Shown: positions 1-10,626 of the stretch, piece after piece
Numbering within the stretch: position 1 is the first letter of the stretch
How the letters are laid out: every line of letters begins with the position of its first letter
Assembly (NCBI GenBank): GCA_963817895.1
Contig: CAWFQB010000006.1
Location: 192,001 to 256,000 of the forward strand
DNA length: 64,000 bases
DNA from: an uncultured Chthonomonadaceae bacterium
GTDB taxonomy: Bacteria; Armatimonadota; Chthonomonadetes; Chthonomonadales; Chthonomonadaceae
Direction of reading: 5' to 3'
The notes under the pieces: generated by a model
The model's database searches: none
Told to the model about the DNA's origin: nothing
What the model saw: only the letters and a program-made list of their open reading frames with translations
Program-made: the position numbers and the translations under genes

Positions 1-1385
1 TGCGACTCGACGTAACCGATATGCTTTTCCCCGCGCCGCCGATCCAGCAGCCGGGCGTATATTTCGCCTAACTGCCACTGTTCTTCCGGTTTGTCCTCAA
101 TCAGTTCGATCCAGTAATCGGGAATACCCATTGCCAGCCGATAGTCGAAGCCGATGCCGCCTTCAGCAACGGGGCGGGCCAGTCCGGGCATTCCCGAAAC
201 GTCTTCCGCAACGGAAACCGAATTCGGGTCAAGCGTATGAATCAGTTCATTGGCGAGCATCAGGTAGGTGAGCGCGTCCTTATCTACGTTGTCGCTGTAA
301 TAGTCGTCGTAGCTACGGAACACGCGGGCGATGCCGTGATCTTTGTACAGCATACTGGTCACGCCATCGAAGCGGAAGCCATCGAAACGGTACTCCTCTA
401 TCCAAAAGCGCAGATTGGACATCAAAAATCGCTGCACTTCCCATTTGCCGTAATCGAAGAGGAGCGAGTCCCACAGCGGATGCAGGCCCCGTTCGCCGGG
501 ATAAAAATACTGATTGTCCGTGCCGTCGAAGCGGTTCAGTCCCTCGTCTATGTTCTGCACAGCATGGGAATGAACCATGTCCATGATGATGCGCAGCCCC
601 AAACTATGCGCCGTATCCACCAGTTCTTTGAGTTCTTCGGGCGTTCCGAACCGCGACGACACTGCGAAAAAGTTGCTGACGTGGTAGCCGAACGAGCCAT
701 AATAGGGATGTTCCATGACCGCCATGAGTTGTACGGCGTTGTATCCGAGGGCGGCGATGCGCGGCAGAATGTTTCGGGTGAATTCCGCGAACGTGCCGAC
801 TCGCTCGGCCTCCTGCGCCATGCCGACATGCGCCTCATAAATGCGCAGGCCGCCGGATTGTTCCGAAAGGGCCGGGGGCGTTGTGTGTTTCCACACATAC
901 GGAACGGGCGGCTGCCAGTATTGCGCGAGGAAGTGGGGCGAATCGGGTTCCTGAACCACGCGCCGAATGTACGCGGGCAGGCGATCCCTCGCGCCGAATT
1001 CCGGGTTGTAAACGTGGACTTTCAGCAAACTCTCATGCGTTAGGCGATTGGCATAAACGGCGTCGGGCAGAAAACACGACCACACGCCCCACTCATCCCG
1101 CGCCAACGGATTCGCGCCCCGGTCCCAATTGTTAAAGTCGCCGATCAGCGCGATATACTGCGCCCCCGGCGCCCATTCCCGATACCATACGCCCGCTTCG
1201 CCGCTCTGCTGTCCCCGGTTCAGGCCAAAATAGTGGTGCGATTGGCTGATGTCGCCCATCAACCCGCCTGCCTGTTCAATCAGAGCCTTGCGTCCCTGAT
1301 AATGGGCGAACCGCTCCCGCAGAATTCCGGCGTAGGGCGCAAGCCACGGGTCGAGCGCAATCAGTTGCGTACCATCGGCAGGCAT
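1..1385 (-). CDS. glgB: 1,4-alpha-glucan branching enzyme (GH13, eukaryote-like subfamily 8 type); 3' end runs off the window
   Basis: Manual translation from ATG 1385: MPADGTQLIALDPWLAPY...YREWAPGA...GDFNNW...FDYGKWEVQRFLMSNLRFWIEEYRFDGFRFDGVTSMLY...AEDVSGMPG...GFDYRLAMGIPDYWI. Absent from the ORF track because the stop lies outside the window. Confidence 0.93.
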   Translation of the reverse strand, partial: MPADGTQLIALDPWLAPYAGILRERFAHYQGRKALIEQAGGLMGDISQSHHYFGLNRGQQSGEAGVWYREWAPGAQYIALIGDFNNWDRGANPLARDEWGVWSCFLPDAVYANRLTHESLLKVHVYNPEFGARDRLPAYIRRVVQEPDSPHFLAQYWQPPVPYVWKHTTPPALSEQSGGLRIYEAHVGMAQEAERVGTFAEFTRNILPRIAALGYNAVQLMAVMEHPYYGSFGYHVSNFFAVSSRFGTPEELKELVDTAHSLGLRIIMDMVHSHAVQNIDEGLNRFDGTDNQYFYPGERGLHPLWDSLLFDYGKWEVQRFLMSNLRFWIEEYRFDGFRFDGVTSMLYKDHGIARVFRSYDDYYSDNVDKDALTYLMLANELIHTLDPNSVSVAEDVSGMPGLARPVAEGGIGFDYRLAMGIPDYWIELIEDKPEEQWQLGEIYARLLDRRRGEKHIGYVES

Positions 1386-1500
1386 AAAGGTCACTTCCTT
1401 GTTCAAAACATTTATTTCCGCGTAAGCGGGCGTTGCCGTATAGATTCGCCAAAAAAAGACAGCCTCCTGCGCGATTACACAAGGTTTTTAAAGGAAGCAG

Positions 1501-2259
1501 TTATTTCAGGCCGCCGTTGGCGATGAGGGTTTGGCCGGTAATCCAGCGGGCTTCTTCGGAACACAGAAAGGCGACCACGTCGGCAATATCATCGGGCTTG
1601 CCCAATCTGCGCAGGGCGGTGGCGTTCGCCATCTGTTGCTGTACGTCGGGGGAAATCACCTGTTGAAGCATTTCGGTTTCCGTCACGCCCGGCGCGACGG
1701 CGTTGACCGTGATACCGCGCGGGCCGAGTTCCATAGCGACGCAGGCCGTCATCATTTCCAATGCGGCTTTGCTGGCGGCATACACGGCCCATTGCGCGGT
1801 GGGGGAACGGGTGATGCTGGACGAGATGTTGACGATGCGCCCACCCTCCGCGCCAAAATGCCGCGCCGCAAGCCGCATGGCAAGCAATGGCCCGCGCACA
1901 TTGACGCCGAACATCTCCTCGTAAAAAGCGGCATCCGTCGCTTCCAGTTCCCGGAGGCCGGAAATGCCCGCGTTGTTGACCAGAATATCCAGACGGCCAT
2001 ACGTTTCCAGCGTCCGGGCAAACAGGCGTTCCAGTTGCGTTTCGTCGCTCACATCCGCCTGCACCGCAATCGCCTGCCCGCCCGCCTGCGTCAGTTCCGC
2101 TATGTGCCGCTGCGCCTGTTCCTCATTGCGGCTGTAACCGATGACAAGTTTTGCCCCGTCACGGCTTAACCTGCGCGTAATCGCCGCCCCGATACCCCGC
2201 GCCCCGCCCGTGACAATCGCCACCCGTCCCGCCAATCCCGTCATACTCGTCACCTTCAC
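1501..2259 (-). CDS. SDR family oxidoreductase (FabG-like)
   Basis: TGGARGIG, NNAG and YAASK motifs. Confidence 0.92.
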   Translation of the reverse strand: MKVTSMTGLAGRVAIVTGGARGIGAAITRRLSRDGAKLVIGYSRNEEQAQRHIAELTQAGGQAIAVQADVSDETQLERLFARTLETYGRLDILVNNAGISGLRELEATDAAFYEEMFGVNVRGPLLAMRLAARHFGAEGGRIVNISSSITRSPTAQWAVYAASKAALEMMTACVAMELGPRGITVNAVAPGVTETEMLQQVISPDVQQQMANATALRRLGKPDDIADVVAFLCSEEARWITGQTLIANGGLK

Positions 2260-2448
2260 GCTTATAATCTATTCCCTTGAGGTGAGTGCCAGTTCCTCAA
2301 CAGTCTGCAAATCTCCTGCCGGAAAATGTACGCGGTTAGGAATACGCGCCATTGAGGTACAATAAAGGTGTAACGCCGTGTTGATGAAGTGGGAGTCCTG
2401 TCGCTCCGCAAGGCATCTGTTGGCTTGCCGGAGGATTGATAGGAACCC

Positions 2449-4008
2449 ATGTCTGACGCTAATGTGACCCTTTCCACGTTTGATGAATTGGCGCAAACAG
2501 CCTTGCCCGCCCTGCGCGCCGAAGAGCGGTTGGCGCGGCTGCAAAATCTCGCGCTCGCGCTGACGAGCGTGGACACCATCGAGCAGGCCGCTGATGTGGT
2601 TCGCGGGGAGGGATTTACAGCGCATTATGCCCCAACGGGTGAGGTTGAACTGCGCCGTCCGCAGGAACCCGACGTGGATGCCGAGGCTCGCGCATTTATG
2701 GGGATTGTGGCGCAAATGTGCGCCCATGCTCTTGAACGCGCCCGTTTGTATGAGGCGGAACGAGCGGCGCGGCGGCTGGCGGAACAGGCGACGGAGCGGA
2801 CAACACGGCTGCAAACCGTGACCGCGCGGCTGGCGCAGGCCGTTACTCTCGCGCAGGTCGGCGAGATTATCATCAGCGAGGGAACCTCCGCTCTCGACGC
2901 GCACCGGGGCGTTCTGGCCTTGCTCAATGCCGAAGCCGATCATCTTGAAGTGGCGCAGGCGTGGGGCTATTCGCCCGACAATGCCCGCGTGTGGCAGCGT
3001 TTCCCGTTGGATGCGCCCATTCCCCTTTCGGACGTGGTTCGCAGCCGGGAACCCGTGTGGCTGCACGACCTGAACGAACGCGATTCCCGCTACCCTCAAC
3101 TCGCGCAGATACAAACCACGTCGCAGGCGTATGCGGTTCTGCCGCTTGCTCGTGGAAGATCGCGTTTTGGGCGGCATCAATTTCGGCTTCGACCATCCCC
3201 GCCGTTTCGATCCCGCCGAACGCGCGTTTATTACCGCTCTCGCGCAGCAATGCGCGCAGGCGTTGGAACGCGCCCGCCTGACCGATGTGGCCGCGTCCCG
3301 GCTGTCGGAAATCGAACAACTCAACGCGCGCTTGAAGCAGGCATTAGCGGAAACCCACCACCGCGTCAAGAACAATCTGCAGGTGATTTCCGCGCTCGTG
3401 GAACTGCAAACCGATGTTGCCGAGGCGATGGTTCCCGCCGAGGCGTTGCGGCGGGTGGGGGGCCACGCCCGCGCCCTTGCCACGCTGCACGACCTGCTGA
3501 CCGATCAGGCCAAATCCTCCTATGATATGTCCACGGTTTCCACCCGCGCCCTGTTCGGCAAAATGCTGCCCCTGCTGCAATCTACAATGGGAGAACGCGC
3601 CCTCCATTCCGAGATTGAGGAGGTTCGCTTCCGGTTCGTATCGGCGCGTCCCTGTGCCTGCTCGCCAACGAACTGGTCAGCAATGCCGTCAAGCATGGCG
3701 GGAAGAACATCGTTTTTTCACTCCAATCGGAACCGAATCGGCGCGACAACCAGCAAGAAATCAGCCGACAAAATGGACGCGAACGCCGCCAAAACGCCGA
3801 GGGCGAACCTGTTGCCGCCATTCTGCATCTGATTGTGGCAGATGACGGGCCGGGATTCCCGCCCGATTTCAACCCGCAAACCGCTGCGCATACCGGGCTT
3901 GATCTGGTTTCCAATCTCAGCCGTCTGGATTTGGGCGGCAGTGTCACGTATGCCAACAACCCGCAGGGCGGCGCGCGTGTCACCATTACCTTTCCCCTGC
4001 CGGAGTAA
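2449..4008 (+). CDS. GAF-domain sensor histidine kinase, HisKA_2/HWE-type (frameshifted near 3150 and 3630)
   Basis: GAF segments ending AHALERARL and AQALERARL; H-box HHRVKNNLQVISAL; N-box NELVSNAVKHG; G-box VADDGPGFP; pieces lie in three frames. Confidence 0.88.
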
Positions 4009-4145
4009 GAAGATGAGTGTTCTGTATGGGAATTTGTATCAAGAACTGAGGAACATACAGGAAACAGGCCGACTTGTGGCGAAATGAACCACAAATACAT
4101 ACGATAGGCCGGATTGCCAATGTCAATGCGGCGGGGAACAGGCGA

Positions 4146-4955
4146 ATGGGCAAATTGACGGGCAAGGTGGCTCTGGTAACGGGAGCAGGGCGGGGATTAG
4201 GACGGGCGTACGCGCTGCATCTGGCCGCTTTGGGCGCGGATGTGGTCATCAACGACCTGACGCTGGATTCGGCGCGGGAGTTTGACGAGGAGCTTACGGC
4301 GGATACGGTAATGGCGGAGTGTGAGAGGTTGGGCGTCCGTTCCCTCGGTATCGCCGCCGACGTGACCAAACGCGACAAAGTGGACGGCATGATCGAGCAA
4401 ACCCTGTCCACATTCGGGCGGCTGGATATTCTGGTCAACAACGCGGGCGGGATGCTGCGCGACGCCACCAAAAGCTACGCCGCAACCGTGTCGGAAGAGG
4501 ACTGGCGCTTTATTCTGGATGTGAACTTGACGCAGACCGTGTTTTGCTGTCAGGCCGCCGCTGTCCCGATGAAGGCGCAAAAGGGCGGCAAGATCATCAA
4601 CGTCAGTTCGCAGGCGGGCAGTCAGGGCAATCTGGAAGGCTATTTCGCGCACTACGGCGTCGCCAAAGCGGGTATCGCGCACTACACGCGCCTGCTTGCC
4701 GGGGAACTCGGTCCCTTTAACATCAACGTAAACTGTATTGCGCCCGGCATCATCCTCACATCGCGCGCCAACAAGCAGTTCAACCGCAATTCTCCGGAAA
4801 ACATCGCCAAATTTGAACCCAAAATCGCCCTGCGTCGGGTTGGCGAACCGGAAGACTGCGCCAAAGTCGTGGAATTCCTCGCCACCGACCTTTCCGATTA
4901 CGTGACCGGGCAGGTGATCGCCATTGACGGCGGCATCGTGCTATCCCCGAACTAA
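4146..4955 (+). CDS. SDR family oxidoreductase
   Basis: TGAGRGLG, NNAG and YGVAK motifs; ATG 4146. Confidence 0.92.
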   Translation: MGKLTGKVALVTGAGRGLGRAYALHLAALGADVVINDLTLDSAREFDEELTADTVMAECERLGVRSLGIAADVTKRDKVDGMIEQTLSTFGRLDILVNNAGGMLRDATKSYAATVSEEDWRFILDVNLTQTVFCCQAAAVPMKAQKGGKIINVSSQAGSQGNLEGYFAHYGVAKAGIAHYTRLLAGELGPFNINVNCIAPGIILTSRANKQFNRNSPENIAKFEPKIALRRVGEPEDCAKVVEFLATDLSDYVTGQVIAIDGGIVLSPN

Positions 4956-4961
4956 GAAGAT

Positions 4962-5083
4962 TTAGCCGCAAATACACGCGAATACACGCAAATGCAATGC
5001 TGCGATGAAACAGTCAGGCGGAACGCGATTACATAGCAATTAAGTGTCTTTATTTGCGTCCATTCGCGTGTATTTGCGGCTAA
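4962..5083. repeat. Intergenic inverted repeat with 9-bp periodic arms (32-bp arms, 2 mismatches)
   Basis: ttagccgcaaatacacgcgaatacacgcaaat (4962-4993) and atttgcgtccattcgcgtgtatttgcggctaa (5052-5083). Confidence 0.9.
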
Positions 5084-5094
5084 CTGAGGTTTTT

Positions 5095-6129
5095 ATGACT
5101 ACTGACACTGTTTTGCCTTTGTGCCTGACCGCCTATGGCCTGCCGCATACGATGGGCTATGTGAAAACGCGCGACGATGCGCCCAACGCGACGCCCCTGA
5201 CGCCGCTCGGCCTTGCGGATTTGGCGCGGGAATTGGGACTGGCGGGCGTGGAATTGCCCCTGACCGCCCGTATTCCCTCGTTCAACGGCCAGATTGTGGA
5301 AGCGGCGGGCGTGCCGGAGAATTTCCCTGCCGAACTCGCCAGCCGGAATTTGAAACTGGTGGCCGACTATGGCGCGCTGCTGGATTACGACGCGCAGCAT
5401 ACCCGCGCGTATCTGGACAAGGCCGCGCAGACGGGTACGAAAGTGGTTCGCGCGATTTTGAGTCATCTGCTGTGCGGCGACCGGCGCAAAATGGCGGGGG
5501 GCTGGAACCTGCACCGGGACGCGATTGCCGCCCGCCTGCGCGAACTGCTGCCCTACGCGGAAGATAAGGGCATTACGCTTGCCCTCGAAAACCATCAGGA
5601 CGCCACAACGGAAGATTTCTGGTGGCTGTACGAGCAGACGGGGCAAAGCGCGGCATTCGGGGTTACGCTGGATACGGGCAACCCGCTTTCCGTCGGGCAA
5701 GACCCCGTGGAAGCCGCGCGACAGTTGACCCCGCTGATACGACACGTCCATCTGAAAGACTACACCATGCACTTTGCGCCGGAAGGGTTTCGACTTGTTC
5801 GTTGCGCGGCGGGGGATGGCGTAATTGACTTTCCGGCGATACTGCAAGCCGTGAAAAGCAATGGACACGACATACTGCCCGGAATCGAAATCGCCGCGCA
5901 GCAAACGCGAACCGTCCCATTGCTCGAACCGGACTGGTGGGAACACTATCCCTCGCGCCCCGCGCAATCCCTGCTTCCCGTCCTGCAAACCCTGTGGACA
6001 AAAGGACGGGCGCAGAATGAGTTGTATTCCAGCGCGTGGGAGCGGGGCGAAGGTTCTGAAACCGTGAAGCAGGAAGAGTTGGCAGTTGTCCGGCGCAGCG
6101 TGGACTATTTCCGTTCGCTGGCAACATAA
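5095..6129 (+). CDS. Sugar phosphate isomerase/epimerase (xylose-isomerase-like TIM barrel)
   Basis: LALENHQD, LDTGN, HVHLKD, GDGVIDF and IEI metal-binding motifs. Confidence 0.88.
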   Translation: MTTDTVLPLCLTAYGLPHTMGYVKTRDDAPNATPLTPLGLADLARELGLAGVELPLTARIPSFNGQIVEAAGVPENFPAELASRNLKLVADYGALLDYDAQHTRAYLDKAAQTGTKVVRAILSHLLCGDRRKMAGGWNLHRDAIAARLRELLPYAEDKGITLALENHQDATTEDFWWLYEQTGQSAAFGVTLDTGNPLSVGQDPVEAARQLTPLIRHVHLKDYTMHFAPEGFRLVRCAAGDGVIDFPAILQAVKSNGHDILPGIEIAAQQTRTVPLLEPDWWEHYPSRPAQSLLPVLQTLWTKGRAQNELYSSAWERGEGSETVKQEELAVVRRSVDYFRSLAT

Positions 6130-6242
6130 GGAGTTAGATTTGTAGTAAAGATTGCCGAGAACGGTTAGTGTATAATCAAAGGAAGCGCGAACAATATGCG
6201 CTTCCTTTGTTTTTGTTGAAGAGAATTCTGAGGAGTATGCAC

Positions 6243-6467
6243 ATGGATGAAACCGTTGGCACAAAACGCAAACCCAAAATCGCCGACTACAAAGCCGCGC
6301 TTGAACAGATATTTCAGGCAATAGACCGTTCCAACCAGAACATGGAAGAGAATCGTGTCGTCATTGATCGTTTGAAGGTGGAAACGCAAATTCTCAAAGC
6401 CGAAAGCGACATTATCAAAGCGCAGACACAAGAGCGTCTTGATGCGCTAAGGGCGGCGGTGAAATAG
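6243..6467 (+). CDS. Small coiled-coil hypothetical protein
   Basis: GAGGAG RBS at 6230-6235; heptad-rich ORF; TATAAT at 6171. Confidence 0.65.
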   Translation: MDETVGTKRKPKIADYKAALEQIFQAIDRSNQNMEENRVVIDRLKVETQILKAESDIIKAQTQERLDALRAAVK

Positions 6468-6471
6468 ACCA

Positions 6472-6776
6472 ATGTGGAAACAACTCGTCGAACTTGGCAA
6501 CAAAGTCTTCGCGCTGATACGGAAAACGGAGCAGCATGATGCGGATGTTAAAGAACTGCGCGAGGATGTGAAGGCAATCCAACAGGACATCAAGGAGATA
6601 AGGCAGGAATTGCGCATGATTGCTCAAACCCTGCAAGAAGTCCGCTTCGAGCAGCAACGCGAGAAAGAAAACGCGAAACTCAGCGTGAGATGCAGCGTCT
6701 GCGCCTCGAAAATATCTTGTATCGCTTCGAGCGCAGACTGCCTCCCGGCAATTCACAAGAGGATACGCAAGAATAA
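6472..6776 (+). CDS. Small coiled-coil hypothetical protein (probable 1-nt frameshift near 6675)
   Basis: MWKQLVELGNKVFAL...; the alternative frame continues TQREMQRLRLENILYRFERRLPPG to TAA 6776. Confidence 0.6.
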
Positions 6777-6798
6777 AATCAAGGACGCGCAGCAAGGC

Positions 6799-6885
6799 GG
6801 CGAAGGTTCCGAAACCGTGAAGCCGGAAGAATTGGCGGTAGTCCGGCGTAACGTGGACTATTTCCGTTTACTGACGACAACATAA
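6799..6885 (+). repeat. Diverged direct copy of the 3' end (6046-6129) of the epimerase gene
   Basis: GEGSETVKPEELAVVRRNVDYFRLLTTT* versus GEGSETVKQEELAVVRRSVDYFRSLAT*. Confidence 0.92.
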
Positions 6886-6894
6886 ACTGTTCCT

Positions 6895-8117
6895 TTAAGA
6901 CAGTGGGCAGGTAAACGGCAACGCCTGACGGTCACGTTCCGCTTGTATTAACGCCGTTGTCCTGTCAGTTGGTTGGATGTGAAGGGGAGCCTCGCGTTCG
7001 CGCAATGCGCCGCCCATGCGCCCACTTGCAACGGCTTGCAGTTCGGCAAGAATGGAAAGCGCGATTTCGTCCGGGTTGTCGGCCCCGATGTCCAGACCAA
7101 CCGGGCCATGCAGCCGAGCTAATTGCGCTTCCGAGGCCGCGATTCCCTCTTCTTCAACATGTTCCAGCAGGCGATGCAGGCGTTTTTTAGGTCCCAACAC
7201 GCCGATGTAACGGGCGGGGGAAACCATCAATTGCGCCAGCAAATCCGCGTCATGCAGAAAGTTGTGGGTCATCAGCAGGGTGAAGGTGTCGGGCGTGATT
7301 TCCAGTTTGTGGCGCAGGGTATCCGGGGTGCAGCCAAGAACCGCGTCCGCTTCAGCGAACCGCTCTGCGGAACTGCGGGTACAGCGCGGATCAACAACCG
7401 TGACATGCCAGCCCATCTGTTTCGCCAGCCGAACAACGGGCAGCGCATCCTGACCCGCCCCAAAAATCACAAGTGGGCGCGGCGGCAATATCGTTTCAAG
7501 ACTAATTTCGAGTCGTCCGCCATTTTGCTCGTATTGCCGGACTTCCGTTTTGCCTGATTGAAAAACCCCGTTCATATCGGCAAGTAAATCCTGCCCCACT
7601 CCGCTGTTCCGCAGACTGCCCTCACAACTTCCATCCTCATGCAGCAACAGGCGATTTCCAGCTTTAACCGTCTCGGCTTCCCCGTTCCCATTTTCCACGC
7701 GCAACACGGTGGCGATCACGCCCGGTTTGCGCCGCTCTAAACACGTTTGCAGAAATGCCAGTACCGCATTACCCTCATTCTGCGCGTCTGCCAGAGACAA
7801 ACGTTCCAGCAGCACATGAACAACGCCATTACAGCCCAACCCGAACCCCCATACAATATCCTCATTGGCGGTCGAGTCGTAAGTGACGAGAACCGGGCCG
7901 TGTTCGGTTCTGGTCCCACGCGGTTTGCAGCATATCCGCTTCCAGACACCCGCCGCTGATAGACCCCGCCACCCACCCGTTACGAGTGAACAGCATCCGC
8001 GCGCCCGGACGCCGATACGTGGAGCCTTCCGTTTGCACAACGGTTGCCAGAAACGCGGTTTCTCCCGTCATCTTGTATTCGCCGCCACGCTTCCACAATG
8101 GCCTGTGTTTCGTTCAT
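6895..8117 (-). CDS. XdhC/PaoD-family molybdoenzyme maturation factor (frameshifted at the 5' end)
   Basis: ATVVQTEGSTYRRPGARM, GSISGGCLE, GLGCNG, VIFGAGQDA, GLDIGADNPDEIALSI. Confidence 0.9.
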
Positions 8118-8135
8118 GGTCACTCCGAGGAAGAT

Positions 8136-8247
8136 AGGAAGATAGGAGATACGAGATACGCGTTGGCAGACAGTTTACAGCAATTTCCGTCTTGAAAACG
8201 AATTTGAGTTCAAGTTACCACTCGTATCTCGTATCTCCTATCTTCCT
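8136..8247. repeat. Inverted repeat with 7-bp periodic arms (GAGATAG/GAGATAC), perfect 25-bp arms
   Basis: aggaagataggagatacgagatacg (8136-8160) and its reverse complement (8223-8247); overlaps the stop codon of the Mo subunit. Confidence 0.9.
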
Positions 8248-10546
8248 AAAGCAGCTTATCCGGCGTAATCGGCAGGTCGCGGATGCGCTTGCCGGTCGCG
8301 TGGAAAATGGCGTTGGCAATGGCGGCGGGCGCCGCCTGTAATGCCGATTTCGCCGATGCCTTTCACGCCGATAGGGTTGACATGCGGATCGTTTTCCTGC
8401 CACGAAAAAGGCGTCTATTTGCGGCACGTCGGCGTTGACGGGAACATGGTACTCGGCGAGATCGCGGTTCATCACGCGGCCCATACGCGGGTCCATAACG
8501 GCTGCCTCCTGCAGCGCCATGCCGATAGCCCATACCATGCCGCCCATGATTTGCGAATGCGCGGTTTTGGCGTTTAAGAATGCGTCCGGCGGCAAACGCG
8601 CCCACCATGCGGGCAATACGCGCTTCCCCGGAACTGGGATTTACATGCACTTCCGCAAACTGCGCCCCGAACGCATGGGAAGAATACTCTTTCTTCTCTT
8701 CGCCGGGTTTCGCGCTGCTTTCCGCCGTCAGCATCTCTCTGTTATTACGTTTCAGCAGGTCGGCGTAGGTTTCGCCCTGCGCAGGCGCGTTTTTGCGGAA
8801 CAAGCGTCCGTTTTCGCTGCCAATCTGATCTTCGGTCAGGCCGTGCAGGGGCGAGGCCGCGTCCGCCAGTCGCCAGTTGAATGGCCTGTTTGCGGGCTTC
8901 CATCGCCGCCGCTTTCACTGCCGAACCGACGCTTGCCGCCGTTTGCGAACCGCCCGAAACCGGAGCCTGCGGCAACCGCGTGTCGCCCAATTCAAAGTGG
9001 ACTTTCTCCACAGGGATACCTAATACCTCTGCGGCCACCTGCGTCATGACCGTGTACGTGCCCGTTCCCAAATCCTGCGTGCCGCTGAAGGCCCGCGCCC
9101 GTCCGTCCGCCATAATTTCTATGCGAACATGCGCTTCGCCCCGGTTGGCGGGATACGTGGCGGTCGCCATGCCGTAGCCGATAAGCCAGCCGTCCTCGGT
9201 TTTCATGGAGCCGATTTTCGGATCGCGCTTGCTCCAGCCGAAACGCTCCGCGCCCTGCCGGTAACACTCGCGCAGTTCCTTGCTCGACCAGGGCAGATTT
9301 GGTGCGGGTCCGTTTCGGCATAGTTGCGCAGGCGCAGTTCCAGCGGGTCCATATTGAGCGCGTACGCCAGTTCGTCCATCGCGGATTCCAGCGCGAAGCA
9401 TCCGGGCGCTTCTCCCGGGGCGCGCGGTACTCGTCGGCGTCCCTTTGTTGATGCGAACCAGTTTGTGCGTTGCCTGCACATTGGGGCAGGCGTACAGATA
9501 TGGGCGCGACAACGCCGCATTTTTCCGTGAACTCATCATACGGCGACGTGTTGTTGGTGGTGGTATGAATGATGCTTTGCAGCCTGCCATCTCGATCGGC
9601 GCCAATCGCCACGCGCTGCAAGGTCTGCGCCCGATACCCCACCGATGGTAAACATCTGCTGCCGCGTCAGTTCCAGCTTGACCGGGCGGCCCACTTTGCG
9701 CGCGGCAATCGCGGACAAAATAACGTGCGGCCATGTAAACCCCTTGCAGCCAAACCCGCCGCCCACGAAATAGCAGACGGTTCGCACATTCTCTTTCGGG
9801 ATGCCCAGAATCTTCGCCGTCACGTTCGCCGCGCCCGACACCCACTGCGTGGCGTCGTAAAGGGTCAGTTTGTCGCCCTCCCATACCGCGATGGTAGCCG
9901 AGGGTTCTATGGGGTTGTGGTTTTCAACTGGCGTTCGGTACAGTTTGTCCACCTTCACCGGGGACAGCGCGAGTGCCACTTCCGCGTCGCCGCGCTTGCT
10001 GTCGTTGGGTTCGCGGCCCGCATCCTGGGGCGCTTTAATGGCCTCGTGCAGATGCCGCTCCATCTCCGTCTTTGGCGGCTCCTGCTGATATTGCACCTTC
10101 ACCCGACTGGCCGCGTACCGGGCCTGCTCGTACGTTTCCGCCACCACAACGCCGATATGCTGGCCGCTGTAGTAGATGGTGGCGTCCTGCAAGGGCAGCA
10201 GTTTTTGACCGGGCTTGCCGGGGTTTTCCTGCCCCTGCTGCTGCTGCGCGTCTTCAGGCTTGCTTTTCGGGTCGGGAGAGGGGAACTGATTCAGTTTGGG
10301 CGCGTTCAAATGCGTAATAATGCTCAGGACGCCGGGCAGCCGTTCCGCCTCACCGGTATCAATGCTGACGATACTGCCCCGCGCAATCGTACTCTCAATG
10401 ATAACCGCGCGCGCCAGATTGGGCAGGTCGAATTCCGCCGCATAGGGCGCGGTTCCCGTGACTTTCTGCCGCCCGTCAATGCGGTTGAGCGGCTTGCCCA
10501 CGATTTGCTCACCCAGGCTGTTGTTTTCTATTGTATCAAGTTTCAT
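8246..10546 (-). CDS. Xanthine dehydrogenase family molybdopterin-binding subunit (YagR/PaoC-like), several frameshifts
   Basis: RIDGRQKVTGTAPYAAE, VGGGFGCKG, APGEAPGCFALESAMDELA, QDLGTGTYT, VSGGSQTAASVG, QIMGGMVWAIGMAL. Confidence 0.92.
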
Positions 10547-10626
10547 AGATCGAAACTCCTGTGTTCAATTCGGAATGTTGCCGCCGCAACGTAAAGTTAG
10601 CAGCGATGTTTCGCGGCGAATCGTTT

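Noticed and set aside
237..1043. 268-aa plus-strand ORF and many other long antisense ORFs
   Set aside because: They are shadow frames of well-supported genes on the opposite strand (here glgB) and have no motifs of their own.
6472..6885. 137-aa ORF as a real fusion to the epimerase tail
   Set aside because: The fusion depends on a probable 1-nt deletion near 6675; the alternative frame gives a more natural coiled-coil ending at 6776.
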